NCBI GenBank assembly: GCA_037447605.1 | Contig: CM074804.1 | Coordinates: 2,728,001-2,792,000, forward strand | Direction of reading: 5' to 3' | DNA: 64,000 bases | Origin: Zygnema circumcarinatum SAG 698-1b | Lineage: Eukaryota > Plantae > Zygnematophyceae | Shown: positions 1 to 11,488 of the stretch, piece by piece | Layout of the letters: every line of letters starts with the position of its first letter | Position numbering within the stretch: the stretch's first letter is position 1 | The notes under the pieces: generated by a model | What the model saw: the letters and a program-made list of their open reading frames with translations, nothing else | The model's database searches: none | What the model was told of the DNA's origin: nothing | Translations under genes and position numbers: made by a program

Positions 1-1485
1 GCAAAGTGGCTATTGATCGTGAATCCTTTACTTTTCCTGCAAAGCCAGCCAAATTTAGCCAAGGCCACCATATGAACCATTTATGGAGAAGATGACGTGT
101 ACTTTACAAGAAGCGCCTCTGTTGGGAATCCTCGCAAAACTTTGATGGCTCAGCCTTTAGTGGGAAGTCCTCGATACTGTAAGCTCCAAATTCAAGAGCC
201 TTTAGGGGTTGTAGTTAAGAAACGCAGACTAAAGAGGTTCCTTAAGAAGAAGACAAAGTTTGATCATCGAGATAAATCACTTTGAATATGTAGAAGGACC
301 TATGTAGGGTTTGTAAATAAGCAGGCATACCCGTAATCCTGCTCGCAAAAAGTGATCACCATCGGCGAAGGACCTTCCCACCGCCGAGGGGCAGGGTGGC
401 TGAAATGTTTTAGGGTAAGTTTCTACCCTTAACTTTTTTTGTCCTAAGTCCTTTGCAATGAGTTCTTTAAGTGTCCTTTTATGCAGTTGTTTTTATACCC
501 AAAATACCGTGGTTTGGGGAGGGCCGGCAGTGGGGGGTGTTAAGCTGTCATGAAAACAACATCCTGGGCGATAGAGCTTCAATAACATCCATCTAGAGGC
601 GAGAGAGCGATCACAAGAGAGTACAAAATCAAGTAACAAAAGAGTTTGTTTTAGATTGTAGTAATTTCTTGCTTAATCTTTTGCCTATTTACACACCTCG
701 GCCGCCAGTTGACAAGTGGAATAACCAAAGCTCGCATCGTAGAACCAATTCTATCTTGAGGAACAAATTCGCCTCACGAAGGCAAGTAGAACCCTATGGA
801 ACATAATTTGTGTTCAAGAAGTCGATTCACCAAACAATGTAAGCTTTATGTTCTAGAGGATGTATGTTAAGCCTTACAACCTATGGGGCTTACAACCTAT
901 GGCTTGCTCTGGCGATGGCCATGCTCAATATGAAGCCATGCCCATGGTCGACCCCATCCATAAGTCCATAATGGCCCGACTGAAAAAATTTCCATGTAAC
1001 ATAGCCAGCTTCGCAACCTTGGCCTCGATCTTAGTCGGGCTTTTGGTCTTGTTCCGTGGGGCGCCATAACATAGACCATAAACTACCAAGTTAATCGGCC
1101 GCACATCGAAGGCCGGCCTTGGACCTATACTATTGAGTTATCCGGGCCACGTACAATTTGTACACGCGTCGCGGTTCCCGCTTGATCTTACGCCCTCGAT
1201 TTATCGGCGAGTAGGAGGTTCTGATCGTGAGCTTTAACCTCAACTGCTAACCGGGATAGGATGTCATGACAATACTGCACAATGTGAAATGTAAATCAAT
1301 GCAAGTACGCGACATCTTGTGGCAGGGTTTCACCTTTTTTGTAAAATAAAAATTTGCCCGACGGAAAATGTGTTGTATCATTCTAAAAAGGTGTGAAAAC
1401 GCCATTTTCCGTTATTTGTCCTTTTTATGTCTCACCGGGGCCGGCAGGGGTGTTTGGATCCAAAAGGTGGAAATATCACTACCCC

Positions 1486-2431
1486 TTAAACAAAGACTCA
1501 GCTAGTCAGTAGGGTCAGACGGCTACCAGCGCATCCTGCGGCCGGAACTCCACGTAGGTTGGGGTGGTGCCGCGGGTCTGCCAGGAGAGAGCCAGGATCC
1601 CGGGGAATTCAGAGGACGCGAAGTTGAAGACGCAGGGATCTCGAAGGCGTCCCATTGGCGGCTCACTCATGCGCAAAGAGCCCTTCCTTGGGGACCCTCC
1701 TCTGCTCCCTCTCCCCGCTGTCTGCAGCCAGGCTTCTGCAGTGATCATTGGTTATCGAGAGCAATGCAGGATGACAGAGCAAGATAGGGGCTTGGGCATA
1801 GCCACAGAGAAGGAAACAGGAACACAACTCAGGAAGGTGGCATTTGCAATCTCATCTGTCGCTAAATGGGCTGAATGTCATGCCAGAGCTAAAGCGCTCT
1901 CATTCATTGTCTAACTGGCAGCCACTACGTCTAATGCTATCAACAAGATAATCTTCTCTCTCTCTCTCTCTATCTATGGCATGGAAACTCTCTCTCTCTA
2001 CTAACATTTGGCCTGCTCACTTAGAATAACAAGAAAGAAAGAAGAACAAGACAACAAACTATACAGCAAATACAAATACTAAGCCCAGCACTAAAAGACA
2101 AAAAAGCATCATTGATATCCCATCCACTGAACACCCACAACAGATCTCAACTCAGTAGCTGCAGCCCCCTAAATCTCCAACCGCCCACTTGGCAGCTGGG
2201 TCACTACGTGGAGCCTTCGGGACAGGGCCAATGATGATACCGCGGCCCCAGGCGGTGTTCCCGAGTGCGCTGCTGGATGGCTGCGTCGCGGGCCGCCACG
2301 CAGCGCGCCCTTCTTCATCCGCTGCAGCCCTCTGGACTTCCGTTGATCTGTGACACGGAGAGGCATACGCCAAGTACAGATGATTGGACCGCGCATTTGC
2401 CGCACGCAGTCCGCGACGCCAGATTGCAGCA
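1486..2431 (-). repeat. 3' LTR of the Gypsy element
   Basis: Aligns by eye with 9019-9930. Shared ttaaacaaagact start, gccaggatcc..ggggaccctcct block, (CT)n-atctatggcatggaa block, cagcaaatacaaatactaagcccagcactaaaagacaaaaaagcatca block, and gtgacacgg..aggcatacg.caagtaca block. Confidence 0.8.
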
Positions 2432-4269
2432 CATGCCGGGGGAAACAAGCACGCCCGGCTGTGTAAATGAAGAGACAAGGGGCAGGGGAGGAGACAAGGA
2501 TGACGTGGACAGGGGCCGCGTTAGGCGAGTCGGTGGCCGTCTGGAGAAGCTTCCGCGTACATTCGGCAATGGGGAGTATCGGCGGGATCGGAGGTGGAGG
2601 AGGGAGTAAGACAAATTCGAAATCGAAAGTTACGGCCGACAGGCGCAATGTGGCGAAGCGGCAAAAAGTGGCGGGAATTAGAAATGGACCAATGAGGAGT
2701 TGCCACTGCAGGGGGGCACAAGGCCGCCGCCGCCCGCGCCAACGGTCAGCCATCGTGGGCAGGGACCGCTACGCTGCGACAGCGATGTTGATCCAGTGTG
2801 CTAACGCCAGCCCGTCTGCGTGCCCATCATAGTCATGGCCTCCGAAATGGATGGCCCAACCTGGGATCTCCACCTGTCCACACACAATAAGGGGTCAACC
2901 ACGGAAAAGCCCGCCGAGCCGGCCGCTGACATTCCTGAGCCAAATGAGCTGGATGTGGCGCTACCTGATTGGCGCAGAGCAGCCGCCATCGGCGCCTCCT
3001 AAGTCGGTGAGTTGTCGCTCGTGACCCGTCCCAGGTGGTGGGAGGCCACGGAATCCCAAGGATCGCAGCTGGAGTCAGACAGTTGGAAGTGGGGAGTCCC
3101 ACCCGGGGAGGCGCGTCATCGCAGAAGAGGGGCTCGCAGGAGAGAGGAGGTCAGGGAGGCGGGCTCCTACGGCATACAGGAGTCCGCAGGGAGACAGCGC
3201 CCGTGGAGGACAGTAAGGATCCTGAGCAGTCACACGTGAAGACCAGGAGGGATGACTTTGCGCCACCCGCGTCCAGCCGCAGCCGCGGACGGACGCACCC
3301 GACGCCTGACGCACGTCTGCAGCCCATTCGCGAGTGGAGGGAGGGGTTGCAGGTGTGGTGTGACCACTGCGGAAGTCCCCTGATGGAGCTGAATGCCCCT
3401 TGTATTTGGTGCGTTGCCTCAGTGACAGAGTAGAGAATACAGTGGCGGTGCAATGATGGCCGTCAGGAGGCCGAGAGAGTGGATGGGAGACATCTGCCAG
3501 GTATCAACTTCTCACCCACTTGGTGTGTCTGTCCACGGTGGTGGAAGATGAAACACAGCCAGCAGGGTGCGAGCCTGGCAGGCAAAAAAGCAGAAGCTTC
3601 ATGTTCCAGCCTTCGCGACGCGCGCATCGGGACTTGGCATTGACTCCAGGGACTCGGCTGGTCGGCAGCAGAGCGCGTGCTGGGGTTGGTGGGGGTTTTG
3701 AATGTAGTGGTTCACGGCACCACCTGGAGGCCGGGCCAACATGGAGCGTCTCCGGAGGAGAGCTACCACCCTCTTTTGCCGAGCTGGAAGTCAGCTCGGG
3801 CATCGTGGGCGACGTCCTGATTTCGACGCCTCGTGAGAATGGGACGGGAGGCCGGAGGAATGTAGAGAACCCGTCCGTCATCATCGACAGCAGAAGTTCT
3901 GAGTGCTGCGGAGCAGCTGAGCCTCTCTCGGGGTCCGCTACAAAAGGGGGGCAGCGCTGGACACAATGGTAGCCGAGAAGGGAGGAGTCTGAATGGACGC
4001 CATTGGCGTTGGACGGAGCAAGTAGAGGAGCGTCGCCATCGCCATCCATGTGAGGCCTCTGCCCGACCGCATGGGTGGCGCGGTGAAGTCGTGGATCTTT
4101 CCGATTATGCAGGCGTGCGGTGGCCGAGTCGGGTCAGCTGATCTGCGAGCAGGACATCATGCAGGGCTTGAGCGGCAATAAAAATCTCAATGGGAAGATG
4201 CTCAGGGTTCAAGAGGGTGGGTGGAGGGATGGGTTCAGGAACGGCCGGATCGTGACAGAGGAGGGGAGC

Positions 4270-5550
4270 CGAAGGATTGCGACTGAGGCCATCAGCATTG
4301 CCATGACTACGGCCGGGACGGTGGGTGACCTTAAGCACAATTAGAATTTTTTAGCTTCAATTACTGCTATTTGTGAAACTTAGGTTGCAGGTAGCCATGA
4401 TGTGTAGCCAAGTGAGGGGCATGTGGTTAGTTCCTTGGCACCACAACGGGCCGGCAGGCTGCTGAGAGCTTGAACTTCTTGAGTGCCCAGAGGACACTGC
4501 GGCTTTCCTCAGGAGGTCATACTTGGTCTTGGTTTGCAGTACCCGCCTCAAAGCTGACTTGGTGTCCCCATTGAGAATGCTTGGCTGGCCACTGCCTGAA
4601 GCCTGCCCGGCTCCAGCGGTGTCAATAATGGTGGGAAGGTGGGATCAATTTGATGCATGCAAGGGGCTTGAAGGAGGCAACCTCGGGGCAGTGTGTGGAA
4701 GGTCAAATCCTGCCGTCCGGCTCCATTTGTATTGGATTCGCTGTTTCTCCAAGGCATGTAGGGGACGTGCGATAAGGGCATAGCCCTTGATGAACCGGCG
4801 ATAAAATGAGGTGAGCCCCAAGAAAGACTTGAGCTGAGAGAGGGTCTGTGGAATCGGCATAAGGGCAATCGCTTCAATCTTATCGAGTGATGGTTTCAGG
4901 CCATTGCAATTGAGCGGTGTCAGACTGAGTGATTCTGTGCTCATTTGCATTTCTTGGTGCAATCTTTGTGCTGCCAGCCATGAGCTGCCGGCAGGATTGG
5001 CCATGTGTTGCAGAGGAGGTCAGCCCGCTCTATCGAAGCATCATCCACGCAAGGCTCGCAAAAACATGGAGGAAGGCGAACACCTGGTTGGCCAGGCGCC
5101 TGTGAGCTTGACCTGGAATCCTGAGCCTCGACTGGAAGGACTGTCACGCAGAAGCGTGTGTGCCAGCCCTGTCTGCAGCTGGTTCGGCCTGCTGGTACTG
5201 GGACCTGCCAGAGCATCTCCGCATGTCAAGTGTCGATGAATTGCTATTAGGGGGAGACACCGCTGGGAGAACCAGGTTCATATTGAATGTATAGGGATTC
5301 TGACTTTGCTATTGTATTCAAATTTCTGTGAGTTGCACATAAGCTGAGTGTGAGATTTGGCCGGGGCACAATGCGGTGCCCACGCCCTCTCCAGGTTCCA
5401 TCAACCCGGGCCATGCTTCTCGCGGGACTGCCGCTCCACATCGGCCTGCTGCGCGGTGGAAAAGCGGTAGGGAGTCAGGGTCATCACGGGAGGCGCATCC
5501 CCCGTATCGATGTGGTGCTCAATCAAGTGAGTCTTGCCGATGTCGAGTGA
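4270..5550 (-). pseudogene. Reverse transcriptase / RNase H remnant, frameshifted
   Basis: Motifs are spread over several frames: HHIDTGDAPPV, CVDD (degenerate YxDD), LKSFLGLTSFYRRFIKGYALIARPL, HRPGRSHGNADGLSR. Confidence 0.85.
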
Positions 5551-5922
5551 ATGTCGTGCGAAAACTAGGTGATTTCGGCGGAAACAGCTTGGCGCAGTTG
5601 AGAATGCCCACCGTGTCTCACAGCTAAGGCCCCAATCGCACCCGCCCTTTCATTTCGGGTCGCGATCTCATCACCGACGGTCTCATGGGGGAAGCTGAAG
5701 TGCACAGCACCGCGAACAGTCCCGTCACGCACCGAGAGCCGGAAGTCGCAGAAGAAAACAGGGCAGTCTGCTATTCGGATCACATGGCCGATTCATGAGA
5801 AGATTGGGGCTGCGACCGAGTGGTACATGGTGATCTTTGGGTAACAGACCTGCCGCGTGCGCGGCGCCTTGGGGCAGGGCGAGGTGGGCAAAGGCTCCAC
5901 ACTAATGGGGAGAGCTGTCCCG

Positions 5923-6267
5923 TCAGGCAGAGCAAGGCCGCAGCCGAACACCATAAAGTCGGTTTGTGCTCCCATTGCGATGCAGCCAGCCTAGCCCAGG
6001 AGGCACAGAATAGTGTTCAGCGGCCGTGATGACCGCATTCACCGTGGCTCCCATCTCGCCAAGACTGATGACCACTTGGGCGCTGCCCAATCCTTCATGT
6101 AAGCTCCCTTCAACCCCCACATATCGGGGAACGGGCTCAAGTGTCTTGTCCAACTTAACCCCTGCAGCCTTCATCACAGGCTTGGACAGAACTGTGCGCA
6201 TGGCTCCTGTGTCGATCATGGCTTTGCTGGGATGACCGTTGAGCCATACATTGACAATGATCCGCAC
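5923..6267 (-). pseudogene. Retrotransposon aspartic protease (retropepsin) remnant
   Basis: ORF reads IVNVWLNGHPSKAMIDTGAMRTVLS, with a DTGA catalytic motif in retropepsin context. Confidence 0.88.
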
Positions 6268-9018
6268 GTTGGGCGTTGGGATGAGAGGGAGGATCTGAAT
6301 CTGTCGAGGAGGATGGCGAGGGGAGCGGACTGGGTCTCCGGCGGAGGCGCCGTAGCCATGTGGTGGATATCGGCTGCGACTTACGCGCAGGAGATGCCAT
6401 ACAACGCGGGAGGCCGAGAGGTGGCTCGCAGCGTCGGCTAGCTTTCGAAATTACGGCTGAACAGCTGGAGTGCCAGCTGCATTCAACTGCGACAAGGTAA
6501 TGTTGATCTCAGCCTTGTCTCCCATGAGTTGATGAACCATGCGTTCAATCAGGGAGAGGCCATCTGTCGGGGGGGTTGGTCGTCGGTCGGCTGCCTGGGG
6601 GTAGAAACGGGCTGCCCGAGGGCGATGGGGAGGGTTGACGTGCATCTCTTCTGTCGCTGGTGCTCTCGGCTCTGGCTGCGCCGCTGTCGGCTCCTCCTCA
6701 TTGAGATCGTCAATTTCCTCCTCAGGCGTGGATCCCAATGGATGACCCGTGGAAGGAGGGAGGACTGAAGTTCTCCGGACAGGGGTGGCGACCGGTGGAG
6801 CCGTGCCAGATGAGCTGGCGCCGTTGACATCGGCAGGGAGGAATGGCAGGGGATGTGAATGAGGATCACTTTGGTTGACAGGGAGCCTGCGCAAGGCATT
6901 TGCAATCTCGGCAATCCGGGCTTGAGCACCCTCTTCAGAAGTGATGGGGGATTCGGACCAAGCCGGTTGTAATGCCGCGGCAATCTGGGCAGTGCGTGAG
7001 CGGGCAGCAGGATCGGGCTCAGCACCCAATGTGTTTGTCAGGGAAGGGGAGTCCATGGGGTGCAGGTGGATAGGCGGACGTTGCAGGATGGTGTAAGCGG
7101 GTGAAGGAGGTGGAGGCGGGCGAAAGGGAGCTGGAGTTCTCGGCGGTGTGGGAGTAGCCGGGAGCATATCCATGAAGGCGATCTCTGCAGGTGAGCTCCC
7201 TGCTACTGCCTCTTTCCCCTTTCGGGCCTTCTCACTTGAGAGTCTCGCATCACACACGGGTACCCATGTTCGTGATCTGAGAGTAAGGTGCAGCTCATGG
7301 TCCGCAACGCAGCTGGCTGATTACTATTCAGGCCGCAGGCAAGACAGATGCCCTCTGACCCCGCCTCGTCATCCGACGGCGCAGATCGCTCCCGCAGCCT
7401 TCTCTTCGGTGTGATGATTCCATAAGAACCCCGACATCCTGGATTGAGAAACACCCGGGCATGTGAGGATTCACCGCGGGCTCACGGACGTGCAGGCATC
7501 ATGAAGGTATGGAGAAAAGGGAGTGGGCTGGGCTCGCCTCTGGCGGTGACGGCTGGGGAGAGGCTTGGCACCACAAGGGGGCCCTGAATCGCACGTCTTG
7601 AGCAGGATGCCTAGAAACATGTTTGTTCTGGAGGAAGATGCAGCAGGAGGGGATCACACAAGCTGCCCACTCCCGTGTCTTCAGGAACCCCTAGAGAGTC
7701 GACTCTGTCGTGGATCCCTGAAAGCGCTCATGTAAAATGTGGTTGTACATGTGCGGCCGTTGCCTCCTCCACCCTCCCAATCGCTCCGCCCTTTCTAACA
7801 AGGCCTGGACCCCGCTGGTGGGTTATCGCGCAGCCCATGAATTTGGATATGGATATCCTTCGTGATGGCCTTACGGAACCACTGGAGAACTTCGGAAAAG
7901 TCAGGCAAGTTCTCGATCGTATTTGCCATGCGCACAAAGCGTCTGAGTGAATTCAAGACCGTCTATCACTGAGCATTTGATGTAGCCAGTTTTACTCACA
8001 CAGCTGATCGCATCTCAAATCCAACTGTTGTCTTAAGTTGCTGAATGTGTCCCTTGTCAGTGTGCCACGACATCTGCCCTTGTGTCAGCTTCGGAGGCTT
8101 CCAGTCTGATGCCCCTCGCCTTTCACGTCTTAAGCGAGCTGATCACTGGCCCTCCTTCATGCCCGCCTGCCGCCTTGCCTTCCCTCAAGGTGTCTCAGCC
8201 AAGCCTCTGCATCTTCCTGCTTGCCGGTGAAGCCTCTAGTGATGATGCCCGTGGTATCCCTCACCTCACTTTTTTCAGGAATCAAGGCTATCAGTCTGTC
8301 ACCCATCTCTTCCGCATCTGCTGGGGAGCTCAAGGTCTGACTTCGTGTGCTTCTCCTGAGGCCGGTTCGAAGCCTGGGTCCATGCCGATCGTCCTGCCCC
8401 TTGCCTCTTGAAAGCCGCTCGGGGACCTGTTGGACTGACAAGTTGGTGAATGCCTGGCTAGGGTGTCTTCTGAGGTGTTTGCCGTCTCTCTGCAGCACGC
8501 TGCCGCTGTCTAAGGGATCTCCGGTGGGATGTGATCTGATTTGGACATCTCGTGGGTTCTGCCTCCCGTGGCGCTGTGGACCTCAGTGTTCGACGGCATC
8601 TCTCTCTCTTCACGCATCCGCTGTGACAGCGTTGAAATGTTTGAGTCCTTGATGATGCGGCGCGCACAGGCGATCTGGAGTTTGTGGCCATCGCTGCCAG
8701 CACCGGAGCGCCCAGCCTTTGAATCCATCGACCTGCCCTAATAGAAGCCAGACCGGGATAAGGGTTCTTCGTGATGTTGATTCAGTTCTTGACCGCCTCC
8801 TTCTTCTTGAGTTTGAACCCGTCTTGGATTTCCGACTCGCCTCTTCTTCTCTCCTCAGGTGCCAAGCTTCCTTTAACATCATGAAGGTCTGGCTGTCCCT
8901 CTTGCTGGAGCCTCTCATCCATGCTGGGCTGTGACACGGGTCACAGCATTGCACCTCCATGAAATTCAGGTACCTGAAAAACCCAAACCTTCAGTCTTCT
9001 ATACCAAGATAAGTGGGG

Positions 9019-9930
9019 TTAAACAAAGACTGCCGAGTGAGCTGGAGGAGTTGGACGGCCACTAGCGTGTCCGTGCTGAAGTTGACGGAAGGTTGGGGTG
9101 GCGCTTGGGTCTGCTGTACACAGAGCCAGGATCCGGGGATTCAGAGGAACGCGTAGCCTGAAGACGTAGGATTCTCGAAGCGCTCCCATCCTGGCCGCAC
9201 TTGATGTCACCAGCCTTCCTTGGGGACCCTCCTCCCCGTCCTTCTCTCGTGAGCTCTTGACCGATGCTTCCAGTGATTCATTGTTATCCAAGAGCAATGC
9301 AAGGCAGGACAGAACAAGAAGGAGGGGTCGTGGAGGAGTGGCATGAGGAAGGGAAAAAAAGGATATAGAGAACTAGGAAGAGGGTGGACACTCAATTTAT
9401 TGAAATTGAGAAAGTCTGGTTGGGACGTCATCAATGAAATTGTCTTCTCATCTAACTTTGTTTAACTGGGCTGAATGGGACGTCTAAATGCTATCAGCAA
9501 GAAGACTCTTTCTCTCTCTCTCTCTCTCTATCTATGGCATGGAACTCTCTCTCTCTCTCTCTCTCTCTTACTTAGCATCTGTTGCTGTAACTGAAGAGGA
9601 AGGAAAAGAAGAAAGAAGAACAAGACAACAAACCACACAGCAAATACAAATACTAAGCCCAGCACTAAAAGACAAAAAAGCATCACTGACATCCCATCTA
9701 CTTAACACTGACAATAGATCTTGAGCCTTAGCAGTGACAGCCTCTGATTGGCCAATTGCCCACTGAGAGGCNNNNNNNNNNTCCGTGGGCCGCCAACGCA
9801 TGGCGCCGCCTTCTCTCAATCTCCGTTGGCAGCTCCTGGATTCCGTTGATCCGTGACACGGAAGAGGCATACGTCAAGTACAACTGAACGGACGCGGATC
9901 CGCCGAACGCAGCTCCGTTACGCTACAGCA
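9019..9930 (-). repeat. 5' LTR of the Gypsy element (contains a 10-N gap)
   Basis: Same shared blocks as 1486-2431. A possible degenerate tRNA-iMet primer-binding site TGGTAT-AGAAG (cf. TGGTATCAGAGC) lies at ~8995-9006 on the minus strand. Confidence 0.8.
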
Positions 9931-11488
9931 ACGCCAACGCCAAAACGACCTAATTTTGGTATGGTATGACCGTACGACCGTACTCGTACGGTCGTACGGT
10001 CGTTAATTGTTCAAAACGAGTGGGTATAATATATGTAATAAACTGTTTTACTTTGTAATATATTACTAATTTTAAACCCGTTGTAAATTATATAATATAT
10101 TCGGAATTTATAACGCGGGCCATCCCTAATTGGGGCAGGGCAGTGCAGGGCAGCGCCGACTGCGGCGGGCCAATGGCGATTGGCGGCTGCCCTGCGCGCT
10201 GTCAGAATGCCGACACGCACCCTCTGCGAAGCGCCCTCGGACAGTGGCAGGCGCCCGCTCGCGCCGCACGAGTCGCGGCCCGCGCTCGTGGACGAGCGTG
10301 TCAGAGTCGGCGCGATCTCGATGACTCGCGTGAAGCAGCTCCATAGGAGGGACAGCGTAGAGTATCAGCAAATTTAGGGTCACGAAATTGCCCGTCGTTG
10401 TTTCAAGAGTTTTGCTTTAGACATGGCCGTCCGACTTGAAAAATCGAGGAGCAATTTGCGGCGTTTAAGTCTCGTTGGTAACAGTCTTTGAGGATTTTAG
10501 GGTGTTAAGGAATTTAAGTCTTAGGGCATGTAGGAAAATATGGATCCATCAAAATTGCACACAAAGGACTTATCGTAATTCACCTCATCGGGAGGGATTA
10601 ATGACAAAATGACACATTACATCACCACAAAACATAGAAACGGCAGAACACAAGGAGATGAATGCGATAGAACAAAAATCAGCTATGCACAACGGGAAGG
10701 TTAACAGTAGCGCGTAATACCTATGCTGCTCAAATGTACTCCGCATAAATACGACACCTGCACTCACTCAAACCCTTAAAAGCCCTGCCTGAACCCCCCT
10801 GTCCAAAACCCTCCACCCTAGTTTGCCACTATGGAACGAGACGCACGGAGTGGCGGTATCCTTTTATTGTGAGCTCCAGCACCACCCACTCGCCCCGACT
10901 GCATTGAGGACAGCACCTTAAACCTCAAACCGCATAGCCCTGCAGCTGAACCCTCGCTCCATGGCACTCGTCGACAGTTCCCTGCCAGAACGGAATGTCG
11001 CTCAACGGAAACATACTTTCAAAAACGCATATGTAATGCAGGTTCTGTGCCCTCACTCCTTGGGAGCTTGGAGAGTCAGAAGCACTCCGAATCCATGCCA
11101 GGTAACACGCAGGGAGTGGTTTGGGAGAGGAGTTGGGGCAGTGCATTCCTCACTGCACCCTTTATTTTGCTCGTTCAACGGAACTGAAATGGAATTCTAG
11201 GGGCGCCCGCCCAGCATGCGGACAGCCTCAGCGATGTGTGCATCGAGTAGGGCACATATCTCTTCGCCCTGCAATGCACGTGCATACAACACCAGTTCAT
11301 ATTTCAGTCAAACGGAAGCATAGCACAAGCAAATTGAGTGAGGGCAGGTCTCCGTTAAAGGAGCAATGCCTGGACTTCCACCCTTTCTAGCAGACTTTGC
11401 GAGACACCTTAGAAATCTTTCAGAACGAGAGAACATTGACTCATTGATCGCAGTTCTCCAAAGGATAAAAGCCCTGAAGAAACCATAC

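Larger units (their letters stand above)
1486..9930 (-). mobile_element. Degenerate full-length Ty3/Gypsy LTR retrotransposon (gag-PR-RT-RH-INT order)
   Basis: Diverged direct repeats at both ends (1486-2431 and 9019-9930). On the minus strand: gag-like FTGKQEDAEAWLRHLE (~8200); retropepsin KAMIDTGAMRTVLS (~6220); pre-RT IGKTHLIEHHIDTGDAPPV (~5500); degenerate RT (IVPRPNLTLSLCATHRNLN, LWQVPV, CVDD, KPSLDKIEAI..LKSFLGLTSFYRRFIKGYA); RNase H end HRPGRSHGNADGLSRNP (~4300); integrase remnants (TVDRHTKWV ~3520, GPFLI ~2690). Many frameshifts and stops. Possible 5-bp TSD ACCCC (1481-1485) / ACGCC (9931-9935). Confidence 0.9.

Noticed and set aside
1477-1490. CACTA and CCCC-TTAA / GGGG-TTAA motifs suggesting CACTA or piggyBac ends
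   Set aside because: No matching partner terminus or transposase was found. The TTAA is better explained as the shared LTR end.
3035-3433. Antisense ORF with CxxC-x9-CxxC (WCDHCG..PCIWC) inside the retroelement
   Set aside because: It overlaps the decayed integrase on the opposite strand, the rest of the ORF is compositionally biased, and it is most likely fortuitous.
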